A DNA stretch of 64,000 nucleotides from an uncultured cyanobacterium. Its GTDB lineage: Bacteria; Cyanobacteriota; Cyanobacteriia; Cyanobacteriales; Cyanobacteriaceae. Made by a program: the position numbers and the translations under genes. The stretch is from positions 160,001-224,000 of the forward strand of contig CAVQBA010000007.1 in NCBI GenBank assembly GCA_963710605.1, written 5' to 3'. Positions 30,319 to 41,433 of the stretch are shown one piece after another (within the stretch, counting starts at the first letter, position 1; each line of letters begins with the position of its first letter). The notes under the pieces were generated by a model, which ran no database searches, was not told the origin of the DNA, and worked only from the letters and a program-made list of their open reading frames with translations.

Positions 30319-32088
30319 ATGACACAAACAAATATTCAGAAAATACCAGCTAAAAAAAGAGACGTTCAAGTAGCAAAGATTGGCACCAATACTCAAGTGT
30401 TACGATCGCGCACTTGGGATAGATTAAAGTTTGAAGTTGAATATTCACGTCAAAAAGGCACAACTTCTAATTCCTATTTAATTCAAGCTGATAAGACTGC
30501 CTTAATTGATCCACCTGGAGAATCTTTTACTCAAATTTATTTAGAAACATTAGAGCAACATTTGGATTGGCAGAAATTAGATTACATTATCTTACAGCAC
30601 GTTAATCCTAATCGCTTGGCAACCGTGCAAATGTTATTACAAAAAGCACCTCAAGCTCAAATAATTTGTTCTCAACCAGCAGTTAATGCCTTTAAAGCGA
30701 CTTCTATTTTCACTGAACAACGATCGAACAGTGCCACATCACAGACGCGATCGCCACGAGTAGTTAGAGATAATGATACTTTGGATTTAGGGCAAGGACA
30801 TCAACTTAAATTCATCCGTGTGACAACTCCTCGTTGGGTAGATGGATTGTGTACTTACGATCCTCAAAGTAAAATTCTCTACACCGATAAGTTTTTTGGT
30901 GCTCATTTATGTGATGAACCAATTTTTGATGATAACTGGAAAGAATTAGATCAAGATCGTCGTTTCTATTTTGACTGTCTTCATGCTTCCCAAACAAAGC
31001 AATTAGAAACAGCTTTGACTAAATTCGCCCCTTTTCCCAGTACAATTTATGCTCCTGCTCACGGTTCGTTGGTTAAATATAGCCTTAGCCGTTTTAGCTA
31101 CGATTATCAGCAGTGGTGTCAAGAACAAAAACAAAAAGCTCAAGAATTTAGAGTCGTTCTTCTTTATGCTTCAGCTTATGGTAACACCGCAACTGTATCT
31201 AGTGCGATCGCTCATGGATTAGTAAACTCAGGAGTAGCAGTAGAATCAATTAATTGCGAACAGGCTTCCTCTGAAGAAATTACTACCGCAATTCAAGCTT
31301 GTGATGGTTTTATTATTGGTTCACCAACATTAGCAGGGCATGCACCTACCCAAATTCAAACAGCATTAGGAATTGTTCTAGCTAACGCCGCCAAAACTAA
31401 ATTAGCTGGTGTTTTTGGTTCTTATGGTTGGAGTGGTGAAGCGATCGATATTTTAGAAAACAAACTCAAAGATGCTTCTTACAACTTCGGTTTTGAACCA
31501 ATTCGGGTTCGTTTTAGCCCCACGGCGACTATTTTAGAAGAATGTGTACAAGCAGGAGAAGAGTTTACTCAAAAACTGAAAAAAACCAAAAGACTACGTA
31601 CTCCTCGTCAGGCGGTAACAGAAACCCAAATCGATCGTACCGAACAAGCAGTTGGTCGAATTGTCGGCTCTATCTGCGTTTTAACTACTTGTCACAATGG
31701 TGTTCATAGCGGTATCCTTACTTCTTGGGTATCTCAAGCAACTTTTAACCCTCCTGGTGTCATGATTGCACTGAGTAAAGAACAAAATACGGAATTGATC
31801 AGTAATCCAGATAGTAAATTAGTTCTAAATATCCTCAATGAAGGTAGAAGTGTCAGAAGGAATTTTAGTGATCAAAGTACTAATTCTTTTGACAATGTAA
31901 CGACAAAAACTGCTGATAACGGTTGCTTAGTTATTGAAGAAGCCTTAGCTTATCTAGAGTGTACTGTCCAAAATCGTTTAGACTCTGGTGATCACTTTTT
32001 GATTTATGCTGTAATAGATCAAGGTGAGGTATTAGAAAAAGACGGAACTACAGCAATTCAACATCGTAAGTCTGGTAGTCATTATTAG
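30319..32088 (+). CDS. flv2: Flavodiiron protein Flv2
   Basis: RDVQV, RSRTWDRLKFEVEY, non-canonical HVNPNR, ASAYGNT flavodoxin, ends HRKSGSHY. Confidence 0.88.
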   Translation: MTQTNIQKIPAKKRDVQVAKIGTNTQVLRSRTWDRLKFEVEYSRQKGTTSNSYLIQADKTALIDPPGESFTQIYLETLEQHLDWQKLDYIILQHVNPNRLATVQMLLQKAPQAQIICSQPAVNAFKATSIFTEQRSNSATSQTRSPRVVRDNDTLDLGQGHQLKFIRVTTPRWVDGLCTYDPQSKILYTDKFFGAHLCDEPIFDDNWKELDQDRRFYFDCLHASQTKQLETALTKFAPFPSTIYAPAHGSLVKYSLSRFSYDYQQWCQEQKQKAQEFRVVLLYASAYGNTATVSSAIAHGLVNSGVAVESINCEQASSEEITTAIQACDGFIIGSPTLAGHAPTQIQTALGIVLANAAKTKLAGVFGSYGWSGEAIDILENKLKDASYNFGFEPIRVRFSPTATILEECVQAGEEFTQKLKKTKRLRTPRQAVTETQIDRTEQAVGRIVGSICVLTTCHNGVHSGILTSWVSQATFNPPGVMIALSKEQNTELISNPDSKLVLNILNEGRSVRRNFSDQSTNSFDNVTTKTADNGCLVIEEALAYLECTVQNRLDSGDHFLIYAVIDQGEVLEKDGTTAIQHRKSGSHY

Positions 32089-32143
32089 GGTTTTGTTGCT
32101 GAGAATGTGAGTTTTGATTTAGTTTTGTGTAAGTGTAAATAAA

Positions 32144-32776
32144 TTAAAAATTATTTCTCACAAATTCTTTAACTATATCAACCAAACTCGAACCACCCCA
32201 TATAACTGCCAAAACGATCGAGCTAGAAACAGCCGCCGCTATCAAACAGAGAATCAAACCAACTAAAACAATTAAACCGTCATCTTCTTGTAACCCAAAA
32301 GCAATAATAAAAACACTGAGTGCGGGTAAAGTATTAGTGCCGGGGATAATAATCATCATTGAAATACCCATTAAGGCAACCATTAAACCGATGACCAATT
32401 TCCCCATAAAGCTAGTACAAACATAAGTAAGACGAGGTTTAGTTATCGCTTCGATTTTTTGTAACCAAGGTAAGCCCATTTTGACAAATTTACGAGCGGT
32501 ATTAGTATTCATTGAACCATTCATCATTTTGTCTGGCAACCAAGGAATCGTCGCTCCAAATAATAGTTGTACGGCTAACAAAAATATTAAGATACCAAAA
32601 GGTACAGAATAACCAGGTGCTGGGATGGGTAAAGCAGAAGGTAAAGCCAGAATTAATAATAGAAAGCCAAATATTCTTTCTCCTGCTAAAGTTAGAATGT
32701 CTTTTAAGGTAATGCTGGCGTTTCTTTCTTCTTGAAAAAAATAACGGTTTAATTCTACTGATAATTTTTTTGACAT
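32144..32776 (-). CDS. exoD: ExoD family exopolysaccharide synthesis protein
   Basis: GERIFGFLL..LALP, PWLP, PGTNTLPA, EDDG. Confidence 0.85.
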   Translation of the reverse strand: MSKKLSVELNRYFFQEERNASITLKDILTLAGERIFGFLLLILALPSALPIPAPGYSVPFGILIFLLAVQLLFGATIPWLPDKMMNGSMNTNTARKFVKMGLPWLQKIEAITKPRLTYVCTSFMGKLVIGLMVALMGISMMIIIPGTNTLPALSVFIIAFGLQEDDGLIVLVGLILCLIAAAVSSSIVLAVIWGGSSLVDIVKEFVRNNF

Positions 32777-32838
32777 AGTTGATGATAGTTAAAAGTTAAA
32801 AGTTAAGAGTTAAGAGTTATAAGCTGTAATCTTAATTA

Positions 32839-34062
32839 TTAGTTATTAATTATTTCTTCGATCGTTTCTTTACCTAATTCATCAATCCAAGCTAAATATT
32901 TTATTTGCTCTGTTTTAGCATATTTTTTAATTTCTGCGGGAGTTTGTAATTGTAAATTTAATTCGACTCGTAAGTTATTATCTTTGTTTCTAAGATTTTG
33001 AGCATATGTAAAAGCATTTTGAGCGGCGGATTTGTTTTGGGGAATGACTAACCAATCACTAGGGGGAATAGAATTAGGTAATTTTGAGCTATTTTTAAGT
33101 AAACAACTATGAACATCCTCTAGATTAAAACAAAAACCAATTCCTGCGGCGGATTTATTTTGAGGGTGATAAATTTCGAGTAACTTGTCATAACGTCCTC
33201 CTTGAGCGAGGATATACGCTTTACTATTAATCGAACTAACAGCTTCAAAAACTATCCCTGTATAATAGTCAAATGTTTGTACTTTAGTTAAATCTAAAAT
33301 TAAAGGTAATTTATTATCGCTAGTATGATTAACTAATTCAATTACCGATTTCAAATGATGAACAATTTTTTGAGCTTCAGAATTTAAACCAAATTCATCT
33401 ATTTGGGCTAAAACTTCTAAAGGGTTGCCTCTTAAATCAAATAGTTTTAAGGCTTTGGTTTTTAATTGGCTATCCAAATCAAGATTTTGTAAAGTGACTC
33501 GATCTAAATTAGCGATACAATCGAGTATGGTTTGTTGTAGATTTGACGGAAAAATAGCTAAAATCGATCGAGTGAGACTAGCATCACCCAAAAGCAACTG
33601 CCAAGATTCTAAACCTAAATAACTCATCGAATCAGCTAAAAGTAAAATAACCTCAGCATCAGCTAAAACACCCTCGGCGAATAATAACTCTACTCCTGCT
33701 TGATAATATTCTAATTGTCGCCCGTAATGATTAGCTGAAGGATTACGAAATACATTAGCCCGATAACAAAGTCTTTGAATAGTTTGATTGTTGAGTCGAT
33801 TTACTGCCGCCCTACCAATTGAAGCCGTTAATTCCGGGCGTAAACCAAGTCTGCCTGAGCTTACATTTTGTAATTCTATAATAGTTGCAGGATCAATTAC
33901 ACCCCCTGCTGTTAATGTATCTACCCATTCCACGCTAGAGGTGACAATTCTTTTGTATCCCCAACGTCGAAAAACTTCTTGTAAACGATCGTTTATCCAA
34001 CTTTTTTGGGCTACTTCTAAGGGTAATAAATCTCTTGCCCCCGCCGGTGCTTGATGAATCAT
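32839..34062 (-). CDS. hisZ: ATP phosphoribosyltransferase regulatory subunit
   Basis: PAGARDLLP, LRPELTAS, YQAGVEL, DYYTGIVF, GGRYD. Confidence 0.93.
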   Translation of the reverse strand: MIHQAPAGARDLLPLEVAQKSWINDRLQEVFRRWGYKRIVTSSVEWVDTLTAGGVIDPATIIELQNVSSGRLGLRPELTASIGRAAVNRLNNQTIQRLCYRANVFRNPSANHYGRQLEYYQAGVELLFAEGVLADAEVILLLADSMSYLGLESWQLLLGDASLTRSILAIFPSNLQQTILDCIANLDRVTLQNLDLDSQLKTKALKLFDLRGNPLEVLAQIDEFGLNSEAQKIVHHLKSVIELVNHTSDNKLPLILDLTKVQTFDYYTGIVFEAVSSINSKAYILAQGGRYDKLLEIYHPQNKSAAGIGFCFNLEDVHSCLLKNSSKLPNSIPPSDWLVIPQNKSAAQNAFTYAQNLRNKDNNLRVELNLQLQTPAEIKKYAKTEQIKYLAWIDELGKETIEEIINN

Positions 34063-34140
34063 GTTGTAATTGATAGTTGATAGTTAATAGTTGATGGTAA
34101 ATTACTTATTACTCATCACTAGTTTACTTATTGCTCTTTT

Positions 34141-34176
34141 ATTGTCAATTGTCAATTGTCAATTGTCAATTATCAA
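34141..34176. repeat. Heptamer tandem repeat (ATTGTCA)n
   Basis: About 5 units; similar tracts at 25240-25260 and 41402-41432. Confidence 0.8.
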
Positions 34177-34177
34177 C

Positions 34178-35254
34178 TTACCATAAAGGAATACCAAATA
34201 TTTTAGGTGGTTCTTTTTTACCTTTATCGTCTTTTGATTTTTTAGCTGTATTGTCTTTTTTAGCTGTTTTTGATTTACCGTCTTTTTTCTGGGCTGATTT
34301 TTTACCTTTATTCTCAACCTTAGTTAATTTTTCTTTGATTTCTTCTACTTGAGGATTATCGCCATCTAGTTTGACTGCTCGATTGATGTGAATACGAGCA
34401 TAAGTTAAATTACTTTGTTCTAAATATACTAATCCTAATAAAGCGTGAGCAACGGCACTATCAGAATCTATTTTAACTGCTTCTCTTAAGTCAAACACAG
34501 CAGGTTCATAATTCGCTATTTCAATGTTACGGTTTGCACTTTCAATTAACATTTCTAAACGACTCATCGGCTGTTTAGCTACAGTTGGAGATTCATTTTC
34601 GGTTTCGTTTGGTATATTTGTCGTATTAGCTTGAGTATTCGTTACTTTTTGGGTTTGAGATTGTTTGGTTGTTTGACTTGAGCGATTAATAACTCCTTCA
34701 ACTGAAGATATCACAGAAGATACGGGTTTTTTCTGATAATTTCCGCCTGTAACTTTACCTAATTCAAATTGTTTTTGTCTAATTAAATAAACCATATTTA
34801 GTTCACTTAATAAACCTACTTTGATTGTTAGTTTACTAAAATCTGTGTATTGTTCTTGACTTATTTTTTCGATTGTTTCTTCGTATATTTGTTGTAGCTT
34901 ATTTTGCTCTTCTTGTAAGAGTTTATTTGCTGTATCACTACTAATCGTAACTTTATCAATGTTAGGTGCTAAACGATTACCTATTTCAGAAATAATTAAT
35001 TCACATTCTTTTCTTAATTTTGGTTTTTGTAAATTTTCATACGCTGGATTTACTATTTTAGAAAGTAATTCACTCGCCGCTACTTTTTCAGTTGGAGTCG
35101 AATCATGATTAGTATCAGGGTGCAATTTGTAAGCTAATTTCATGTATCTTTGACGCATTTGTTTAGGATTAGCCGAAATTGGTACTCCTAAAATGGCATA
35201 ATAATCTTTGACTTCGTATTTAAAAAGACCATATTTAAAATCAGAAATTAACAT
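34178..35254 (-). CDS. J-domain (DnaJ-like) protein with TPR and Lys-rich tail
   Basis: DYYAILGV, LHPD, VNPAYENL; C-terminal TPR (AHALLGLVYL). Confidence 0.88.
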   Translation of the reverse strand: MLISDFKYGLFKYEVKDYYAILGVPISANPKQMRQRYMKLAYKLHPDTNHDSTPTEKVAASELLSKIVNPAYENLQKPKLRKECELIISEIGNRLAPNIDKVTISSDTANKLLQEEQNKLQQIYEETIEKISQEQYTDFSKLTIKVGLLSELNMVYLIRQKQFELGKVTGGNYQKKPVSSVISSVEGVINRSSQTTKQSQTQKVTNTQANTTNIPNETENESPTVAKQPMSRLEMLIESANRNIEIANYEPAVFDLREAVKIDSDSAVAHALLGLVYLEQSNLTYARIHINRAVKLDGDNPQVEEIKEKLTKVENKGKKSAQKKDGKSKTAKKDNTAKKSKDDKGKKEPPKIFGIPLW

Positions 35255-35355
35255 TATTTTTCACTCTACATTAGATAATTATTTTAGAAAGCTAAACTCA
35301 ATTCTTTGATTATTTTAATTTAATTATATTAAACTATAAAACTAAATTATTTAAC

Positions 35356-36189
35356 TTAATTATTACGAAAAGAAAAAGCAGAATCATGGGGAGTTTTTTG
35401 TAACGTTTGGCTAAGTTCTGAATGTAAATAACCGTTCGTTGCTAAAATTCTACCACTATTAAGGTCAAATTGACTTTCGTCATAGGCACTGACTTTTCCT
35501 CCTGCTTCTTCTACTATAACGACACCTCCTGCTAAATCCCATGGGCTTAAACCTCTTTCCCAATAACCGTCTAGTCTTCCTGTTGCTACATCACATAAAT
35601 CTAATGATGCACTTCCTCCTCTTCTGACTCCTTGAGTTAAATGTGTTAGATAACAAAACTCGGCATAATTATTATCTTCTACTTCTGTTCGATCGTATGC
35701 AAAACCTGTTACCAAAAGACTATTAATTAATTTGTTGGTGGTAGAAACTTGTATTTTTACATCATTAAGAGTCGCTCCTAATCCTTTCCCTGCTTTCCAT
35801 AATTCGTTTCTCATCGGGTTATAAACGACTCCCACCGAGGGGATACCATTAATTAATAAACCCACGGATACTGCCGACTGAGGGTAGCCATGAGCATAAT
35901 TAGTTGTACCATCTAATGGATCAATTACCCAGAGATAATCACTATTTTCTTGACCTAGTTTGCCCGATTCTTCAGCTAAGATTTGATGGTGAGGATAATA
36001 TCTTTTTATTATTTGAAGTATTTCTGTTTCTGCTTGTTTATCTACTTGAGTTACCAAATCACCTACTCTACCTTTTTCTTTAATTTCTAGTTGTTTACCC
36101 CAATATTTATTAAGGATGACTCCTCCTGCACGGGCGGCAACAGTAGCAATATCAAGAAGTTGTTCGATACTTTGATAATTTTGGCTCAT
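35356..36189 (-). CDS. suhB: Inositol monophosphatase family protein
   Basis: WVIDPLDGTTNYAH, RRGGSASLDL, PWDLAGG. Confidence 0.92.
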   Translation of the reverse strand: MSQNYQSIEQLLDIATVAARAGGVILNKYWGKQLEIKEKGRVGDLVTQVDKQAETEILQIIKRYYPHHQILAEESGKLGQENSDYLWVIDPLDGTTNYAHGYPQSAVSVGLLINGIPSVGVVYNPMRNELWKAGKGLGATLNDVKIQVSTTNKLINSLLVTGFAYDRTEVEDNNYAEFCYLTHLTQGVRRGGSASLDLCDVATGRLDGYWERGLSPWDLAGGVVIVEEAGGKVSAYDESQFDLNSGRILATNGYLHSELSQTLQKTPHDSAFSFRNN

Positions 36190-36695
36190 TATTGACTAGA
36201 AGATTGTGATGATGAATTTAATTGTTTGAGGGGTTGCTCAGGATTCCAAATCCCTTTACCCATGATACGAGCATAATCTTGAGCGTGCAACAATTGTCGA
36301 TCGTATTTACCATCAGTATAAGCCAAATTAGCAACCCCATATCCTTGTTCAATTATTTGTTGATTAATTAATTGTTGGTTATACCAAACATATCCAGAGA
36401 TTCTGCCAAATTTATCTAATTCTTCAACATCGGTTTCAATCAATAACAAAGTATTAGGGATAAGAGTCTTTTGTAAAAACTGTTGTGCATTTTCACCCCA
36501 CGGTTTGATTGAAAATGAAGGTGTATCCAACCCTGCCAATCTCAATTTATACGTTTTGATGTCAATTATTACTTCTATTGTTTGCCCACTAACAACCTGC
36601 TTTAACTTACCATCTATTCCTTTAACTACTTGATTCGATTGACAACCAACATTCAACCAAAACACTAAGATGACGATAACCAACAATTTAAACAT
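36189..36695 (-). CDS. Thermonuclease (SNase) family lipoprotein
   Basis: Signal peptide with Cys; RLAGLDTP, DKFGR..GYVW, A...GKGIW. Confidence 0.85.
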   Translation of the reverse strand: MFKLLVIVILVFWLNVGCQSNQVVKGIDGKLKQVVSGQTIEVIIDIKTYKLRLAGLDTPSFSIKPWGENAQQFLQKTLIPNTLLLIETDVEELDKFGRISGYVWYNQQLINQQIIEQGYGVANLAYTDGKYDRQLLHAQDYARIMGKGIWNPEQPLKQLNSSSQSSSQ

Positions 36696-36772
36696 TAATT
36701 AATTTGACTAATAACAAAATCATAAGCAATAATAAAGAATAAAGTAAAAAGTACTAATTATTCATTATTTGT

Positions 36773-36810
36773 TGTTCATTGTTCACTGTTCATTGTTCAT
36801 TGTTCATTGT
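36773..36810. repeat. Heptamer tandem repeat (TGTTCAT)n
   Basis: About 5 units. Confidence 0.8.
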
Positions 36811-36811
36811 A

Positions 36812-37180
36812 TTACTCGTCTTCAATCGGAATACCAAAACGGACTTTTCCTTTAGCAAAATAACGTCCAAATTGTAATTCATATACTTCATCTTCATCTT
36901 GTGTTTCCACGACTAAATCAGAGCGAGGATAAGAAACACATAACAAAGCATAACCTTCTTTTTGTAATTCAGGAGATAAACCCATTGCTTCTGGTTGATA
37001 TAAATCACCTCTAATTACTCTTACCGCACAAGTTGTACAAGCACCGTTACGACAAGCAAAAGGGGGTTTTACTTCTTGGTTTTCGGCTGTAGTTAAAATG
37101 TATTGGTTTTCGGGAACGCTAACGGTTTCTACGGTATTTTTTTGTCTATTTTTGATCGTAACTTGATAGGTTTTGGTCAT
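36812..37180 (-). CDS. fed2: 2Fe-2S ferredoxin, Fed2/FdC2 type
   Basis: CRNGACTTC...LLCV plus C-terminal extension EDEVYELQFG; upstream of suhB and the J-domain gene, as in other cyanobacteria. Confidence 0.88.
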   Translation of the reverse strand: MTKTYQVTIKNRQKNTVETVSVPENQYILTTAENQEVKPPFACRNGACTTCAVRVIRGDLYQPEAMGLSPELQKEGYALLCVSYPRSDLVVETQDEDEVYELQFGRYFAKGKVRFGIPIEDE

Positions 37181-37275
37181 AGTTGAATGGAAGTTTAACT
37201 AACAGATGAAGTAAATCAAGCGATCGATTTATTTTGAATTGTATCATAAGTTTTTTGAGTATTTTATTTAGTATA

Positions 37276-37304
37276 ACCGCAGAGAACGCTGAGTACGCAG
37301 AGGA
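37276..37304. repeat. CGCAGAG-type small dispersed repeat
   Basis: AACCGCAGAGAACGCTGAGTACGCAGAGG; reverse complement similar to 2374-2403. Confidence 0.6.
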
Positions 37305-37414
37305 GTTGGTTGGTTGTATGTTTATGATGGTTTAAAAAGAGAGAATATCTTATCAACAAAGACGAGTTACGATGAATTAATTCTAGTTTATTAGTTCAAA
37401 AATACTTCTAAATA

Positions 37415-38766
37415 CTAGTTGATTACTATTCTAAAGCCTGCGTGTTGATAAAAATAAGGACGAAACCAATTACGATAAAATGGTGTTGCTTCATAACCAT
37501 TAGTTGCCCAACAACCACCGATTAGTTTATAATGACGATCGTCAAAAAATGGTGCAGAATAGTCATCATAAAGATAATGTGGTTTATATCCGGGTAAGGG
37601 TTGGAAAATATCTCCTAACCATTCCCAAACATTACCTCTCAAATCATATACTTCTTGATCATTTTTACTAGTAGCAATACTACCGACAGGATGAGGTGAA
37701 ACATATTTTAAATTGAGATTATAATTATTGACATCATTATTTTGTCGATTTTGGGTGGCTAAATGCCATTGTGCCTCTGTTATTAAACTATATTGCTGTT
37801 TCGACTCTTACTACTAATATAATTACAATAAGCGATCGCTTCATAATGATTCACTTCAACTGGAAAATCAAGTGGTAATTGAGTTCGATCGAACATTAAA
37901 CGATAATCATATCTATCATTACTCACTGATAACCAAAATTTAGGATGAGTTACATTATAAGATTCTCGCCATTGCCATCCCGACTCTTGCCAATATTTTC
38001 GCTTTTGATAACCTCCTGCTTCAATAAATTCTAAAAATTCGCCATTAGTAATCATATATTTACTAACAGCAAAAGAAGGTACTTTCACTGTTAATTCACC
38101 ATAATCTATATCCCAACCAAAAAGATAGTCATCACTTTTTTTACCTAAAGTGACGATACCTCCATCAATCGTAATCATTTGATTGTCAGGTATTTTACCT
38201 TGACTAGTAGCATATTGCCATTGAGCTGGTTTTTGCACTAATTCTATGGGTAATTGTCTAATCAACATCGAAGAAGTTTCGATATGTATTCTTTGATGTT
38301 CTATACCCATAATTATCGCCCACCAAATATTATCTGGAGTTATCGGTAATGATAAAGGAGTTTGTTGAATAACTTTAAGAATAGTTTGGTAAGCTAAATG
38401 ACGATATTGCCAGATAGCTTCCACTGTATCCCATTTAATCGACTCGATCGCTTTGTCTAATTCTTCAGGGGTTTGAGGATCAACGCCAATCTCGTATAAT
38501 AGTTCATAATCAGGATTAATTCTCTGCTCAGATGTTAGTAAACCTACAGTAACTAACTTATTAATATAAAAAACTGCTGAATGCCCCAAATAAAAAATTA
38601 GCGGATTACGCAAACAATCGGGATTCAAATTAAAACTATCAGGATGAAGAATAGTTCTAAATAGCTTATCTTCTATTTGCCATGCTTGTTTAAAATAATC
38701 AAGAATTTCTTTTTTATTACAATTTTTCAGAAATAATAAATTAGAGTTTTGAGCTAATAACATCAA
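37415..38766 (-). pseudogene. Short OvoA-like sulfoxide synthase (DinB_2 + FGE-sulfatase domains), frameshifted at ~37800
   Basis: LRNPLIFYLGHSAVFYINKL, EHQRIHIETSS; one added base links it to YSLITEAQW...DLRGNVWEW...QHAGFR; no methyltransferase domain. Confidence 0.85.
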
Positions 38767-38895
38767 TATTTTCTTTAATTTGATAGATAATTAATTTACA
38801 ATTACTATAGTCATCTTAAATAATTGAGAAGGCTTTATGATTAATTTGAGATCGAGTCTATAACTTAAAAAAACCTAATTATTAGTTATTGATTA

Positions 38896-39420
38896 TTATT
38901 TATTTTCTTCCCAATAATAATACAAAAGATAATATAGTTTAATAACTTCTTGATGACTAACTTGTTCGTTTCTAACATTAGTTAAAAAGGCTTCCATAAA
39001 AGAAACAATCCAAGTTAACTCTATTTTAGGTAACTCATCATCTAATCTTGGTAATGTTTTTTTTGCTTCCTCAATTGTATCTCTTTGGTGAGTTTTAATT
39101 GGTGTAGCCTGACGTAAAGGATTACTTTCGATAGCGGCAAAACCTTGAGAAACGATCGAACTAATTTTTTTTCTCAATTGTCTTTGCTCTTTTATTCTTC
39201 GTTTTTGTCTTTCTATACCTTCTACACAAGAAGCGTAATAACAAGGAAGACGATTAAGGGCAAAAGTAGCAACTTCTAACTTATTAACATTAGAATTACT
39301 TTGAGTAAAATTATCTTTATCTATGCCTGTTAATGTTGTTCTCTTTGCTAATTGAAGTTCTATTTCTTGTGTCACAAAAGCTTCCATGACATTTTGATAT
39401 GCTTGTATTTCTTCTGACAT
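38896..39420 (-). CDS. ComFB family protein
   Basis: YQNVMEAFV..EI, VATFALNRLP.YY, NPLR. Confidence 0.82.
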   Translation of the reverse strand: MSEEIQAYQNVMEAFVTQEIELQLAKRTTLTGIDKDNFTQSNSNVNKLEVATFALNRLPCYYASCVEGIERQKRRIKEQRQLRKKISSIVSQGFAAIESNPLRQATPIKTHQRDTIEEAKKTLPRLDDELPKIELTWIVSFMEAFLTNVRNEQVSHQEVIKLYYLLYYYWEENK

Positions 39421-39467
39421 GATAATCTTAAAAAACAGAAAATAGTTTATAGTAATAAAAAAATCAA

Positions 39468-41261
39468 TTATTTAATTTTAGCTGATAGAGCTTTAACTAC
39501 TTCTTCAATAGCGATATTTTCAGATTGCTTGTCTGCTCTATTTACCATTTCTACTTTACCTTCTTTTAACGATCGACCTGTCACAATACGATAAGGAATA
39601 CCAATCAAGTCAGCATCTTTAAATTTACCACCTGCTCGTCCATCTCGATCGTCTAATAGGGTTTCAATCCCTGCTTCGTTCAATTCTTGATAAAGTTTTG
39701 TGGCAACTTCCATCTGCTTTTCATCGTTGATATTAGGTACAACAATTATGACATGATAAGGTGCGATCGCTACTGGCCAAATAATACCATCTTTGTCATG
39801 ACATTGCTCAACGGCAGATTGAGCTAAACGAGAAACACCAATACCATAACAACCCATTTCTAAAGGTTTTTCTGTACCGTCTTCGGTGGTATAAGTTGCC
39901 CCCATCGCTTGAGAGTATTTATTACCTAATTGAAATATATGCCCAACTTCGATTCCTCTAGCAGTTTGTAAACGCTGAGATTTGTCGTGATTTGCTCTAT
40001 CTCCTACTAAGGCTTTACGAATATCAACAACTTTTTTAGGTAAGGTAAATTGTTCACCCCAATTTGCTCCTAAAACATGATAATCTTCCTCGTTAGCACC
40101 TGTGACAAAGTTAGTTAAGTCAACGGCTGTTTTATCCACAAAACGCAAAAATTTACTTTCTGTTTCCTGATTTGAGTTAATATAATCATTACTTAAATCA
40201 GGGGCAATATAACCTAAAGGTAAAGGTTTAGCCGTCCATTTTTGTTGGCTTTTTGCATCTGGTACTGTCAAACTTAAAATGGTTGTAGCCTTATAGTCAG
40301 GGGCTAATTTAACTAATTCATTTTGTAATTTTACTTCGTTTACGTCTTGATCTCCTCTAATACTAACTAAGACTAAGACAGTTTTACCTGAATCATAAAC
40401 TACTTGATAAAGTACGTTTTTGACAATATTAGTAGGCGAACATTGAAGTTTATCTATTAAAAGTGCGATCGTATTTGTCTTAGGAGTTTCCTTTTTTTCG
40501 TAACTTGTAAAAGGAGATTCAACCACATCATCAGGAAGAGAAGTTGCTTTTTCTACATTAGCGGCATATAACCCATCTTCGGTATAAAGAATATCATCTT
40601 CTCCTGCTTCGGCTAAAACCATAAATTCTTGCGAACCCGATCCACCGATAGCTCCAGAATCGGCTTCTACGGCGGTAAAATTCAACCCACAACGATCGAA
40701 AATGCGACGATAAGCCCCGTCCATATCTTGGTAAGTTTCTTTTAAGGATGCTTCATCTTTGTGGAAAGAATAACCATCTTTCATAATAAATTCTCGACCA
40801 CGCATCAAACCAAAACGAGGACGAATTTCATCTCTAAATTTAGTTTGTATTTGATATAAATGTACGGGTAATTGACGGTATGATTTAACCATATCTTTAG
40901 CGATCGTCGTAATTACCTCTTCATGAGTTGGTCCTAATGCTAACTCTCTTTTTTGTCGATCGACTAAGGAAAACATAATCCCTTCAGCCTTGGTATAAGT
41001 CTCCCATCGCCCCGATTCTTGCCATAAACTAGCAGGTTGAAGTTGAGGCAACAAACATTCTAATGCCCCTGTAGCGTTCATTTCTTCTCTGACAATCTGA
41101 CTTATTTTTTGTAATACACGTGACATTAAAGGTAGATAAGCGTAAAGACCGCTACCGATTCGACGGATATATCCTGCTCTTAATAATAACTGATGACTGA
41201 TGATTTCTGCCTCTGCGGGAGTCTCACGCAAAGTTACCAATAACATTTGAGATAAACGCAT
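39468..41261 (-). CDS. proS: Proline--tRNA ligase
   Basis: [50 protein letters not shown]. Confidence 0.98.
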   Translation of the reverse strand: MRLSQMLLVTLRETPAEAEIISHQLLLRAGYIRRIGSGLYAYLPLMSRVLQKISQIVREEMNATGALECLLPQLQPASLWQESGRWETYTKAEGIMFSLVDRQKRELALGPTHEEVITTIAKDMVKSYRQLPVHLYQIQTKFRDEIRPRFGLMRGREFIMKDGYSFHKDEASLKETYQDMDGAYRRIFDRCGLNFTAVEADSGAIGGSGSQEFMVLAEAGEDDILYTEDGLYAANVEKATSLPDDVVESPFTSYEKKETPKTNTIALLIDKLQCSPTNIVKNVLYQVVYDSGKTVLVLVSIRGDQDVNEVKLQNELVKLAPDYKATTILSLTVPDAKSQQKWTAKPLPLGYIAPDLSNDYINSNQETESKFLRFVDKTAVDLTNFVTGANEEDYHVLGANWGEQFTLPKKVVDIRKALVGDRANHDKSQRLQTARGIEVGHIFQLGNKYSQAMGATYTTEDGTEKPLEMGCYGIGVSRLAQSAVEQCHDKDGIIWPVAIAPYHVIIVVPNINDEKQMEVATKLYQELNEAGIETLLDDRDGRAGGKFKDADLIGIPYRIVTGRSLKEGKVEMVNRADKQSENIAIEEVVKALSAKIK

Positions 41262-41264
41262 ATT

Positions 41265-41348
41265 TAATAGTTAATAGTTAATAGTTAATAGTTGATAGCT
41301 TTAACAGTGAACAATGAACAATGAACAGTTAACAGTGAATAGTTAACA
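41265..41348. repeat. Mixed heptamer tandem repeats (TTAATAG, AACAATG/AACAGTG)
   Basis: About 12 degenerate 7-bp units upstream of proS. Confidence 0.75.
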
Positions 41349-41433
41349 ATAATTCGACCTTCTCTATTCTTACTCATTATTCATTTACGGATTGCTTTTT
41401 TATTGTCAATTGTCCATTGTCCATTGTCAATTA

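Noticed and set aside
27584..32088. flv4-sll0218-flv2 (and argZ) as novel systems
   Set aside because: Both are already characterised in cyanobacteria
34131..34352. ORFs beginning CQLSIVNCQLS (also 41417-41653)
   Set aside because: They are translations of heptamer repeats running antisense into real genes
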